A stretch of 64,000 nucleotides of DNA from Cyanophora paradoxa CCMP329 (taxonomy: Eukaryota > Plantae > Glaucophyta). The position numbers were made by a program, and so were the translations under genes. The stretch lies in the NCBI GenBank assembly GCA_004431415.1, contig QPMI01000207.1:62001-126000 (forward strand), written 5' to 3'. How positions within the stretch are numbered: the stretch's first letter is position 1; each line of letters starts with the position of its first letter. Below are positions 48,801-61,400 of this stretch, one piece after another. The notes under the pieces were generated by a model that saw only the letters and a list, made by a program, of their open reading frames with translations, had not been told where the DNA came from and searched no databases.

Positions 48801-50469
48801 CGGCGGTGGCGGCGCTGGTCGCCGGCCTCGGCTGGGGCCGCTCGCACCCCGCCGCCCGCGAGACCCTCGCCCAGTGCCTCCTCGCCGTCACCGACGCCAA
48901 GAGTGCCCGCCCTCCCCGCCCCTCCCCCGCCCCGCCTCTCCCGCTCACGCGGCGGCAGCCGAGGCCGTCGAGTGGTTCGGCGAGGAGGGGGCGCCCCCGC
49001 CGCCCTCTCCCTCCTTCGCGCCGCCACCGCCGGCCGCCTCTCCGCCCGGGCCTCCGCCCCGCCGACGAGCCGCGCCTGTGCGCCGCGGCCGCGGCCTCCT
49101 CGGCCTCCCTCCTCGCGCGCCTCGCCGCCGCCTCGGGCGCCGGCCTTGCGCGCTGCGTCAAGGCGGGGGCCCTCCCCGCCGCCGTCGAGTGCGCACGCCG
49201 CTTCGGCGCCGCCGGAGAGGCCCCCGCCGCACGCGCCGCCCTCCGCCTCCTCCTCGTCGGGGCCCAGCACCGTGCGACCGCCGCCCCGCCCCCTTGCGTG
49301 CGCCCGCCGGGTCCGACGGGGGCGCAGGGGAGCAGCGGGCGGGGCTGCTCAAGGCGGGGGCCTTCGAGGCGGCCCTGGCGCTGCTCGCCGGCCCCACGCG
49401 GGCCGCCGAGGCGCCCGTCCGCCTCGCCGCCGCGCTCCTCGTCTCGCTCCTCGCGCTGCGCGACCGGCTGCGGCTCGACGCGGCGGCCGCCGACGCCGTC
49501 GGCCGCGTCGCCGACTCGATGGACGTCACCGCCGCCAAGGAGCTCCCCTGGGTCCGCCCCGCCCCGCCCAGCCGGCGCCTTGCTTGCCGGCGGCTCTGAT
49601 GGGCGGCAGGCGTCGTACGGGCCGTTGGGGGAGCTGCTGGCGTGCGGGGTGCCCTCCCTGCAGCTCCTCGCCGCCGCCCTCCTCGCCGACCTCTCCTGCG
49701 CCCGTGCGCCGCCCCCGCCCCGCGCCCCGCCGCCCCCTCACCCGCCGGCGGCAGCCGAGGCGCTGCCGCGGATCGCGAGCGAGGGGCCCTTCCCCGCGCT
49801 GTACGGCTTCGCGGCGGGGGCGCCGCCGCCGCCGCCGCCGCCGGGGCCGGGGAGGAGCCGCTGGTGGCGGACATGTTCCTGGCGCCGAGCGAGCCCATCG
49901 AGGTCGCCCGCGAGCGCCAGCGCGCCTGGGAGCGCCGCCGCGCCGGCCCGCAGGCCTTCCACGCGGGGGACCCCCGCGCCGCCTGGATCCAGGTCTACGC
50001 CCGCACGACGCTGGCGCGGCTGTGCGCGGGGGCCGGCGGCGTGCGGGCGATCGAGGAGGAGGTGCAGGCGAAGTGCGCGGAGGCGTGGGAGCTCCGCCAC
50101 GGCGAGCGCGCCGCCCTCGAGGCCCGCGTCACAGAGCTGCACGCCGCCGCCGAGGCCGCCGCCGCCGAGGGCGGTCCCTTGCGCGAGCGCGCCGCGGCGC
50201 TGGAGAAGGCGAACGCGGCGGCGACGGCGGAGGCGGGGCGGGCCCGCGCGGCGGCGGCGGAGGCGCAGGCGGCGCTGCGGCGCCTCGAGGCGGAGGCGGC
50301 GCAGCTGCGCGCCCAGCTCCTCGCCCGCCCGCCCGCCGAGGACGCCGGCGCGCCCGCCCCGGCCCGGCCCCGGCCCGGCCCGGCCCCGGCCCCGGCCCCG
50401 GCGGCGTCCCCGGCGCCACGGGAGGAAGTGCTGGTGGAGGACGCCCCCGACGACGACGAGCTCGACTAG
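45853..50469 (+). CDS. Tic22-like domain fused to coiled-coil and armadillo/HEAT-like helical repeats
   Basis: RLDPVPVFAI...PLVI...F....D.......K...PEL, VPMFV, PLFF...D and W.QVCFFPN resemble the Tic22 pattern. Splicing continues without a stop into Ala/Leu-rich ARM-like repeats and a C-terminal coiled coil. The start codon is uncertain (upstream in-frame ATGs exist). Confidence 0.65.
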
Positions 50470-50606
50470 CCGCCCGCACCCCCCCCACCCCACCCCCGCC
50501 CGCCTCCTTCCGCCCCACGCCTCCCCTCCCCCGCGCCGCCCCTCCCTGTGTTTGAAGCGAGCCCATTCGCGCTCTGTGGGGGCGCACGGGGAGGCCTGCT
50601 CTGTGT

Positions 50607-53600
50607 CTAGGAGGATGGGGCGGCGAGGAGGAGCTCGCGGGTGCGCCGCACGAGGAGGCGCACGAGGTCGAGGGCGCCCGTCCCCGCCGTCTGCCGCCCC
50701 CGTCAGCGCCCCGGCGGCGAGAGAAGGCGGGGGCGGGGCGGGCGCACCGGGGCGAGGCGCGCGAGGGCCTCGAGGGGCTCCCGCAGCGCCCCCTCCGCCT
50801 CCCCCCGCAGCTGCTCCCGCTCCGCGGGGGTCAGCCCGGGGGCCCCCTCCGCTGGCCCCGGCGGGCGCGCCGCCAGCGGCAGCGGGCCCGACACGGGGAC
50901 GATCCCCCGCACGGGGGCGAGCGCCGCCTGCGGTGGCGTCAGCGCGCCGCGGCAGCGTGCGGGGCGGGGCGGGGCGGGGCGGGGCGGGCCTTGTCGGCGA
51001 GGAAGAAGCGGAGGTGGGAGTGGAGGAGGGCGAGGGCGCGCTCGGCGGCGGCGGCGCAGGAGCCGGCGGTGGCCTCGGCGGCGGAGCGCGCGGCCTCGGC
51101 GGCGCGCTGGGCGGCGCGGCGGGCGGCCTCCTCGCCCTCGGGGCGGCGGCGGGGCCGTCGGGCGGCCCCGCGAGGGCGCGCAGCTGGCCCGGCTCGAGGG
51201 TGTCGAGGGCGCGCAGCTGCCGCCCGGCCTCGGCCTCCGCCTCGACGGCGGCGCGCAGGCGGCGCGCCGCCGCCTCCGCCCAGCGCACCAGCAGCGAGAG
51301 GGAGGGGAGGCCCGAGGCGCCGGCCCCGGCGGCCGCGCGCGGCGGCTCGGCGAGGAGGAGGGCGGCGGCGAGCTGGTCGAGCGGGGCGGCGGCGAGGCTC
51401 GGGGCGAAGAGGGGCCGGAAGGTCGCGGCGGGGCCGGCGCCGGCGGAGCGGGCGTGGCAGAAGGCGGCGAGGTTCTCGACGACCTCGGCGAGGCTCGGGA
51501 GGCCGGGGGCCACGGGGCCCTCCTCGGCGAGCGAGCAGGCGGCGAGGAGGCGGAGGGCGAGGGTCTCCAGCTTGGCCGCCTTCGCCCCGAGGCGCTCCTC
51601 GAAGGCCGCGCTCGGGGCCAGCGCCGCCAGCAGCGCCGTCCCCAGGAAGAGGGCCCCCGCCCCGCCGCGGCCGCCCCGGGGGGCGCCCCCGGGGCGGCGG
51701 GGCGGGCTCGGCGGGGCGGCGGAGGGCGGCCTTGAGGGTGTGGCTGAAGAGGCGGTGGTGCGCGGCGACGAAGTCGAGGGCCTGGACGGCCGCCTCGGGG
51801 TGGCCGGGCAGGGAGCCGACGAGGGCGAGGGCGAGGCGCAGCGCCGGCAGCAGCAGCTGCGCGTGCCGCTCGGCGGGCGGGGGCACGAAGTCGCCGTCGA
51901 GCTCCATGGGGGCGGGGCCGCCGGCGCCGGCCTCGGGGAAGGCGTCAAGGAAGGGGGCGCCGCGGGCGAGCAGCAGCAGCGCGCCGGCGTCGAGGAGGGC
52001 CCCCGCCCCGCCGTCGCGCCCGCCCGACTGGGCCGCCCGCACGAGCAGCGCCATCTGCGCCTCGTAGAGGTAGACGCGCCGCAGCATCTCCGCCGTCACC
52101 ACCTCCCCCAGCACCCTGCCCGCCGCCCGGTCAACGCGCGGGCTCGGGGGGCGGGGGGCGGGGAGCGGGGCGGGCGCACGACTCGTCGATGGAGAGGGCG
52201 GCGCGGAGGATGTGGCCGAGGTGGCCCCCGCGCCGCAGCGCCTGCAGCGAGCGCCGCTCGACGGGGCGCCGGGGCGGGGCGGGGGCGCCGGCGAAGGGGC
52301 TGCCGCGGGGGAGCCCGGCGGCGGTGCTCTCCCGCCCGAGCTCCTCGAGGGCGAGGAGCGCGTCGAGGAGGGCGAGCGCCGCCGACTGCCACACCTGGCC
52401 CCCGGGCCCCGCGCCCCGCCCGCCCCCGCCGCCGCCGCCGAGGCCGCCTCCGCCCCGCCGGCGTCCTCCGCGTCGCGCGCCAGCCGCTCGACGAGCTGCG
52501 CGCGCCTCAGCGGCGGCGGGGCGGGCGGGGCGGGGGCGCACGGCGTCGCGGACGGGCTCGAGGAGGGCGAGGGCGGTGTCGGGGAGGGCGGCGGGGGAGG
52601 CCCAGGCGGCCGCCGGGTCGGCGGGGCCGGCGCGGGAGGCGGCGGCGTGGCGGGCGACGGCCGTGGCGTACTGGAGGGCGTGGAGGATGGCGGCGTAGAG
52701 CTGGCCCCGCACCGCCAGCGGCGCCCCGGGCCGCAGCGCCGCCTCCAGCAGCCCCTGCAGCAGCGCCCGCACCCGCCCCGGCGGCAGCGGCGCCAGCGGG
52801 CCCACCTCCAGCGGCGCCCCCGCCGGGAACGTCTGCGCGGCGGCCGGTCAGGGGCGGTGCGGGCGGGGAGGGGCGGGGCGGGGCGGGGCGCCTGCTCGCG
52901 GATCTTGGCGGTGAGGGCGAGGGCGGCGGCGGCGAGGTGCGGGGCGAGGGGCGGGTGGAGGGCGGGGGAGCGGAGGCGCAGGAGGGCGGCCTCGAGGGTC
53001 TCGAAGAGGACGCCCTCGGGGGAGGGGACGGCGGCGGCGAGCACGGAGAAGGCCTCGTATAGCACGACCTGCAGCAGCCGCCGCCACGCCCCGTGCACCC
53101 GCTCCCCCGCCCCCTCCAGCTCCCGCAGCGCGTTCCACTGCACCGCCGCCCGCAGGCCCCGCCGCAGCAGCGCCTCCGCCGCCGCCGGGCCCCGGCGGGC
53201 GGCGCCGGGCCGCCGGGGACGGGGGCCCCGCCGTCGAGGGCGAGGGCACGGCGCAGGCGCGCGTGCAGCGCCTCTATGGCGATGACCCGCACGCCGCGCT
53301 CGCCCACCTGCCGCCGACGTCAGCCGCCGCGCCGCCGGGGCGGGGCGGGGCGGGCGGGGCGGGGGCACCTCGGTGCACTCGGCGGCGGCGCGGTCGTAGC
53401 CGGGGATGCTGGCGCGGGCCTCGGCGAGGAGGGGCGGGTTGGGCGCGGGGCCCCACTCGGCGGCCTCGAGGAGCTGGAGCATGCGGAATGGCCGCTGGCC
53501 GGCGGCGAGCGCGAGGGCGGCCTCCGGAGCGTGCTCGTCGGCCTCCGGGTCGTACAGCGCCGGCGGCGCGAGCAGCAGCCGCAGCAGCTTCTCCAGGTGG

Positions 53601-56600
53601 CGGCGGTAGACGACCTCGGGGCTCCGCCCCGCCCCCGCGCTCACGTGCATCTCCACGGCGGCCGCCTGCAGCAGCCAGGCGCGCTGGTTGAGGGCCGCCG
53701 CGCGGGCGTTGGCGGCGGCGGCGAGGTCGGGGCCGTCGGGGAGGGCGGGGGGCGGGTCGAGGGGCGAGGCGCGGAGGCGGGAGCAGAAGAAGTCGCCGGG
53801 GACGGAGCGGAGGAAGGCGAGGGCGGGCGGGGAGGCGGCGGGGTTGGCGACGAGGCGGTAGAGAACCTCGTAGGCGAGGTCAGCCAGCAGCGGCTGCCGC
53901 CGGCACACCGCCTCCGACTCGAGCAGGCCGACGATGACGTGGAGGCAGTTGAGGGGCGGGGCCGGGGGCTCCTGCAGGGGCGGCAGCTGCCCGCCCTCCT
54001 CGAGGCGCCCCGTGGAGACGTCGTAGCCGAGGAGCATGTGCGCCAGCGAGGCGGCCCGCGAGACGCCCTCCGCCCCCTCCAGGCCCCCGAGCAGCAGCTC
54101 CAGCACCGCGCGGGGCAGCGAGGGCGGCGGCGGGCCCCCCGGCCCCGGCTCGGCCGGCTCGGCGGAGACGGTCTCGTCGGTGGGGGAGAGGGAGCCGAGG
54201 CGGCTGACGTAGGCGGCGCGCAGGGCGGGGGCCACGTCGGGGGCCGACAGGAAGGCGAGGATGCGGTGCGGGTCCTGCCCCGAAAGGAGCGCCGTGATGC
54301 GGACGGCGCGGTGGGCGACCTCGTCGCTGCAGGGGTACTCGACGTAGCGCGCGAGGCGGACGATGCGGGCGCGGTCGCGCTGGAGGAGCTGGAGGAGGGA
54401 GGCCGGGGCGGCGGCGGCGTCGCGCGCGTGCACCGCCGCCATGTAGTCGACCTCGCGGCGGAGGACCTCCTCGACGAGCTCGAGGGCCGCCAGCACCGAC
54501 GCCTCGTGCAGCGGCGCCGCCCCCGTCGGCGACCCGAAGCGGTCCGCCGCGAGCGCCTCGTGGCCGACGGCGAGCACGCCGGTGACGCGGCGGAAGAGGG
54601 CGGCGCGGCCCGTGTCGGCGAGCATCCCCTGCATCACCTCCAGCCCCGGCGCCCGCGCCGCCGCCAGCAGCTCCTCCCGGCTCAGCTCGCCCCGGCCCGC
54701 GGGCCGCCGGCCGCCGCGCCGGCGAGGAGGACGGCGCCGGCGGGGGCGTAGGGGGCGAGGGCGCCGGCGGGGGCGGCGGGGCCGGGGCGGCGGCGGGCCG
54801 GGCGTCTCGCGGGCGGCCTCGGCGAAGTCGGCGGAGCGGACGAGGGCGAGGAAGACGCGCAGCGCCGCGCAGACCAGCGCGTGCCTGCCGGTCCCGCCCC
54901 GCCTCGGCACGCCGGCGGGCGCGGGAGAGGGCGAGCGGGCCGGCGCACCGCTCCTCGGGCTTCTTGTACTGGCGCTCGTCGGCGCGCGCGAAGACGCTGC
55001 GGGGCCGTGAGCGGCGGCGGGGCGGGCGGGGCGCGGGGCGCGGGGCGCGGGCGGGCCTGTCGCGGGCGAAGGCGAGGTAGGGGAGGAAGCCCGGGAGGGG
55101 CCGGAGGCCGGCGCCGAGGTTGGCGGGGCACGGCGCCGCCTCGAGCAGGGCGACGAGCAGCTCCATGAAGGCCACCACCTGCGCGTACTCCTCCTGCGCC
55201 CCGCTCCCACGCTCGGACCCGGCGCACGCGGGCGGGCGGGCGGGCGGCGGGCGGGAGGGCGGGCGCGCCTGGGGCGAGCAGACGTAGTCGAGCTCGAAGC
55301 GGATGTCGGCGGGGCCGATGGGGCGCGCGGGGCCGGCCGCCCCGAGGCCCATCGTCGGGAAGAGGGCCCCACGGGCACCAGCGCCCCCGCGCCCGGCGCC
55401 GCCTCCGGCAGCGGCCCCGCGCTCGCCGCCCGGTACACCCGAGGCCGGCGCCGGGCGCCGCCTGGCCGGCCGCGCCCCGCCGAGGGCGCCGGCGCCGACG
55501 GCGAAGGGCTGCTGCGGGGACTGGCCCGGGGCCGGGAAGAGGCCGGCGGGGCTGGGGGCGAGGAGGGAGGAGCCGAGCGGGGCGGCGGGGGAGGGGGCCG
55601 GGGCGGCGGTGGCGAGGATCTGGGAGGCCTCGAGGTGGTGCCAGAGGGCCCCCGCGATGGCCGGCGTGCGCGCGTACGCCGATAGGGCGCCCATCAGCGC
55701 GGCCTTGAGGGGCCCGCCCACGGGGCAGCGGAGGAGGCCGAAGAGGGTCGGCACGTGGTCGCGGAGGGCCTCGCGGTGGGGCGGGGACCAGTAGAGGACG
55801 GCCCGCAGGAGCCCGAGGAAGGCCACCAGGGCCCGCTCCTCCTCCGGCCGCACCAGCAGCGGGCCGGCCGCCGCCTGCCCCGCGACGCCGGCGGCGGGGG
55901 CCGAGGCGGCGGCGCGCTCCTGCTCCTCCATGAGGCGCTGGTACTCGCCGACGGCGTAGAACATGTGGCTCCACGAGAGGAGCCCCGAGCGGTTCAGGAA
56001 GTCGTACGCCAGGCGCGGGTTCGCCGGCCAGCCCTCGTCCCCCGGCGCCGGCGCGGGGAGGCGGGAGGCGAGGCTCGGCTCGGGGCCGGCGGCGGCGATG
56101 GCGGCGAGGAAGCGGAGGAAGGGGACGAGGGAGGAGCGCTGGACGCCGCCCGTGGCGCACCAGTGGAGGAACTCGCGCAGCGGGCGGTAGGCCTCGCCGT
56201 CCCCGGCCTCGGGGCCGGCGGCGGGGAAGAAGCGGGCGCCGTGCTCGGGGTGGCCCCGGTAGAGCTCCGCCAGGAAGCTCAGCATGTCGCTGAAGTCCGT
56301 CCGCTTCGCCGCCGCCGCCGCCGCCGCCTGCTGCTGCTGCGCCGCCGCCGCCAGCGCCAGCGCCGCCCCGGGCCCGCCGAACGCCGGCGTCGCGGGGGCC
56401 GGCGCCGCAGCCGGCGCCGCCGCCGGCTCGTCGCCGCGCGTGTGGGCCGCCTCCTCCTGCGGGGGCGTCAGGGGGAAGGCGGGCGGGGCGGGGCGGGCGG
56501 GGCGGGGCGGGGCGGGGCGGGCCTTGGCGGCGAGCTCGGTGACCTCGAGGCCCTGGTCGAGGAGGGCGAGGACGAGGTCGTCGAGCACCTGCAGGTCCCG

Positions 56601-58144
56601 CGCCTCCGCCCCGTCCCCCACCCGCCCGCTCCGCTCCACCTGCCCCCGCAGGAACCCCAGCGCCCCCAGCTCCACGCCCCGCCCCAGCAGCGCCCGCGGC
56701 GACGTCTCCGGCGTCAGCGCCGCCGGCCGCTGCGCCCCGCCGCGTTGGCGCCGGCGCGGAGCGGGGAGGGCGGCGCGCGCACCGCCTGCTGCGTGGCGAG
56801 GGCGAGGCCCAAGGCGAGGAAGAGGGCCGCCCGCGGGCCCTCTGCGCGGCGTCCCGCTGCGTGAGGTGGGCGCGGCGGGAGGGGCGGGAGGGGGCGCACG
56901 GGACTCCCAGTCGGGGGAGAGGGCGGCGTGGGCGGCCCGCACGAAGTCGGCGGAGCGGGAGAGGAGGAGCTGGTCCGAGGGCCCGCCGGCGGACGGGTCG
57001 TGCAGCTCCGTGTTCATCGGGTTCAGCGCGCACACCGCCGCCAGCAGCGCGGTGTGCGCCGCCAGGAAGAGCCCGTCGTCCCCCGGGCGCCCCGCCAGCG
57101 CCGCGTACAGCCGCCGCACCGCCCCCATCAGCGCCAGCGCGTCGTCCCCCTTCAGCTGCCGCCGGCCTGAGAGGCCGCGGCGGCGGGGGGCGGGCGGCGG
57201 GGGCGGGCGGCGGGGGGGCGGCCGGGGCGCGCCTGCGTGTTGAAGCAGACGTAGTAGAGGGCGTCGCAGAGCAGCTTCCGCTCCTCCGCCACGTACCCCG
57301 CGTGCTCCGCCTTCAGCAGCGACTCCGGCTTCAGCCAGTCCTCCACCCGCTGCGCCCCCGCTCGCCGACTCGCGCGGCGCCGGCCGGCCCGGCGCGCGGC
57401 GGGCCCGGCGCACCGTAACAAGGGAGGCGAGCTTCCCAGCGAGGCCTTCGCGCAGCAGTTCGTCCGTGAAGCGCACAAACACGTTGCGCAGCTCCGACGG
57501 GATCGTGTCGTCGCCCCGGCCCTGCCCGGCGGTCGCGAGCGCCCCGGGCGGCGCGGTCCCGCGCAGCGACCGGCGCACCTTGAGCAGGCTGACGAGCGAC
57601 TGGAGCAGATACGAACGCTCCGTGTAGTACATGTGTGCCGCCGCGTCCTGCGGGTCGAGGCCGAGGCTCGGGCCCTGCTCGTGCGGTGAGAGCCGTTCGC
57701 GCCAAGGTCGTTGAGCAAGCGGGCCGACCATGTGGATGCCGGTCACGAGCAGCTCCACGCAAGCGATCTCATTCAGCTTGAGCCGCTCGCTCATGAACAA
57801 CGTCTGCGGTGCGATGAGCGCGCCGGGTCGGTCCGCTTCGCTCGCGCAGCGAACCGCGCTGATGAAGTCCGCCGCGAGCTTCGGCATCCCTCCCTTGATC
57901 GGAACATTGGAGTTCTGCACCTTCTGCTTGTCCTGCTCGCTCGGCGGCTGCGCGGGGTAGGCGGATGTGCGGTCGGTCGCGGCTCGCGGCACGGCGAATC
58001 GCGGGAGGGGACCTTGTTCTCGAGCGGCGCCAACAGGGACGCTTTGTGCTGCCGCAGGAGCGCCTGGAGCGCCGGTACGTTCGCTTCCCGGAACGCGAGG
58101 GCGTCCTCCAGCGCTCTCTGTAAGGAAGCGAAAGACGCCGTCAT
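50607..58144 (-). CDS. NUP205: Nuclear pore complex protein Nup205/Nup192
   Basis: MSERLKLNEIACVELL, YYTERSYLL, LFGLLRCPV...LKAAL..AL.A.ARTP.IA..LW..LEASQIL, DIRFEL...EEY....AF..L, PANLGAGLR..GF.PYL.F and R.YK.PEE. Confidence 0.85.
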
Positions 58145-58458
58145 CGCGATCTCCCGCAGCCGACGCAGCCGGCACGCCTCCCGCGACCGCAACAAGCAAG
58201 CGCCTGCCGAGCAAGCCGACGACTTGAGCTTCTACCCCCCTCGCTCCGGCCCCCTCTCCGCAATCGGACTTCCGGAGCGCTCATCGCGGTAGCGCGCCCG
58301 CATCCGGCCTCTGGTCGAGACCGGCTAGCTTTCGGAGTACACGAGAGGCCCCAGCAGCCCCTGGAGCGGCCGGCGGCTGCCAGCAGGTTTTGAATTTCCG
58401 GGCGAGCAATGGCTCCCAGGTCGGTCCAGCAGCTGCCGACCTGTTATCGCTAGTCTGT

Positions 58459-61400
58459 ATGCTAACTACGCGTGCGACAATCCGCTGCAGGCCGCTCGCT
58501 CTGGTCGCTCTGGGCGTTATCGTCCTGGTGGCAGGGCTGGCCCAGGCGGCGGAGCCTATCGGTGCGGCTACTCTGGACTCTGCATATGTGGCACGTTCGC
58601 CCGAGTCTTGTTTGCCCCCGACGCTCGGGATCTTGCGCAGGCTCCACAACTACGTTCGCCGGCGATGGGCACAAGCAGCGCGTTGACGGCAAGTGCCGAG
58701 CATACGTCTAGATCGCTTGAAGTAGTCTCTAATGCGTCGCCTTCTTTTCCGTTCGCCGGCAGGCATGGGCATCGACGCCTCTTTCGACCACCCATGGGAC
58801 ATCAGCGGTGACGAGCGCGGCCGCCTTTTCTTCGTGGCAGATCGCGATTCGAACTCTATCCGACGGATCTCCTCTACCGCCTCGGTGGAGACGTTCGCTG
58901 GCTGCGGCCACGCCGGCTACATCGACAATTCGAAGCCGTCGGTTGCATGCTTCGACAGGTGCTGCCCTGGAGCGCTCGCCTGGTTTACATCTGGCTGGAT
59001 GAGCTCTAGCTAACGAAGGGCGCGTGCCCGTGCAGCCCGACTGGTGTTGCGTACAACTCGAAGGACGACATCCTTTTCATTGCTGACAGCAAGAACCACC
59101 GCATCCGCCGCATCACTGCGGCCTCCCGTGCGCTCATTCCTTCCTTCTTTCGCTGGCCAGGGGCCGAGGGGCGAGCCAGATGAGGACGGCTCGGCGCACG
59201 TTGACACGATCGCCGGCACGGGCGTCGCGGAGGCGGTGGACGGTTTCGGCACCCTGGCCTCCTTCCGCAACCCGTACGTGCTCCACTACGACCGGTACAA
59301 CAAGCACATCTACGTCGGCGACGACTGGCTCATCCGCCGCATCGACTGCGACGGTAGCCGGTTTTGCTTCTTTCCCTTTCCTTTCCCCTCTCTTCCGACA
59401 CGGCGCTGCAGGCCAGGTCACGACCCTCGCGCGCGTGAACGACCCCACCCTCGCGGATCGTTACGGTGCGCCTCTGCGGCTGCGGCGCGGCTCGGGAAGG
59501 GGCGGCGAGCCGGGCACGCAGCGGGCCGCCCGGCGATCACGGGCATGTTCTTCGACTACACCGCCAACCGCCTGTACGTTGCTGATGGCTGGACCAACCG
59601 CGTCAAGGTTCTCGACGTCACCAAGTCCCCTGGTCTGGCCCAGCCCCCCGCTCCGGGGTTCGCCCCGCCTCAACCTGCCCCGCAGCCGTCCTCTCCCTGT
59701 ACGCCGGTGGCGGCGGCCGCTTCCTCTCGCGCGGCGAGCGCCTGTCAGCGGGCGTCGGGCGCCCGTGGGGCGTGGCGGTGAACCCCTACACGCAGACCGT
59801 CTACGCGCTCAGCAGCGAGGACAACCGCGTGCTGAAGGTGACCCCGGAGGGCTTCATCGAGTCGGTGGCCGGCAGCGGGCAGTACAGCTTCCGCGACGGC
59901 GTCGCCGAGCAGGCCTCGTTCCGCTCCCCGCAGGGTCCGCCGCGCCGCGCGCCCCGCGCCCCGCGCCGCCCCTCCCGACCGGCCGGCCAGGCGGCCACTT
60001 CGTGATCACGGAGGGCGCGATGTACGTGACCGACGCTGACAACCACCGCGTCCGCCGCATCGTCGTCTCCGGTGCGGCCCCCGCGTTGTCCCCGGCCCGG
60101 CGCTGCCCCTCACGCCCGCCCCAGGCTACGTCGCCTCGGTCTCCCCGTCGGCCGGCACCAAGCGCGGCGGGTACCTGGTGACAATCTCGGGCGGGAACCT
60201 CGGCAACGGGGCGGCGGGCGACATCTACAGCGTGCTGCTCGCCGGCGCGCAGGCGACGATCGTGAGCCAGTCGGCGGACCAGGTGGTGGTGACGGCCGGC
60301 GCCTCGACGCGCGTCGGGCGCGGCAACGTGGTCGTCGTGTCGCGCTCGAAGGGCATGACGGTGGGCCCCGTCGAGTTCGACCTCGGCTTCACGTACCTCG
60401 ACGCCCCGGAGCCGTACATCGCGACCGTGCTGCCGAACAACGGCCCCCTGTACGGCGGCAACAAGGTGACGATCACGGGCTCCGACCTCGCGTCGGGCAC
60501 CGGCTCGGACATCACCTCCGTCTACCTCGGCGAGGTGCCCGCCACCATCGTCTCCAAGAGCCCGTACTCGGTGGTCGTGACCGCCGGCGCGGCCGCCTCG
60601 GCCGGCACGCGCGACGTCGTCGTCACCTCGGGCACCGGCTCCACCCGCCGCACCCTCGCCTACACCTACAACCCCAAGGGCTCCATCCTCGGCCTCGAGC
60701 CGCCCTCGGGACCCGTGCGCCCCGCCCCGCACCGCCCGCCCGCGCCGCCCCGCTCATCGCCGCGCAGCTGGAAGGCGGGAACATGGTGACCGTGCGCGGC
60801 TCGTCGCTCGGCTCGGGGCGGGACATCTACGAGGTGGTCATCGGGGGGAAGAGCGTGCCGCCGGTGAGCCAGACGAACAAGCGCGTCACGGTGATCGCGC
60901 CGCCGTCGGCCAAGGAGGGCCCCGTCGACGTCGCCGTCCGCTCCATCTCCTACGGCGAGACCTCCATGGCCTCCGCCTACAGCTACGAGGCCGGTGCGCC
61001 GCTCGCCCCGCTCCCTGCCCCCCGCCCCGCCGACGCGCCCCCGCAGACGGCTTCCTGACGCTGGCGGACCCCGAGCTCTCGCGCTTCAGCGGGGGCATCG
61101 TGGTGACGATCCACGGCTCGCGCTTCTCGGACGGCTCGGACGTCTCGAGCGTGGCGATTAACAAGAAGGAGGCGACGATCCTCTCGCAGAAGCAGGGCGA
61201 GGTGGTCGTCCGCGTCCCGTCGGGCTCCGACCTCGGCCTCGACCCCCGCGAGAGCGCCTACGTCAAGGTCACCGTCACCTCGCGCAGCCGCGGCGCGACT
61301 TCGAGCAGCAGCATCCTCCAGTACGTCGCGCAGGGCGTCATCATGAGCGTGAGCCCGAACCTCGGCCCCGTCGAGGGCGGCAACCAGATCACCATCGCCG

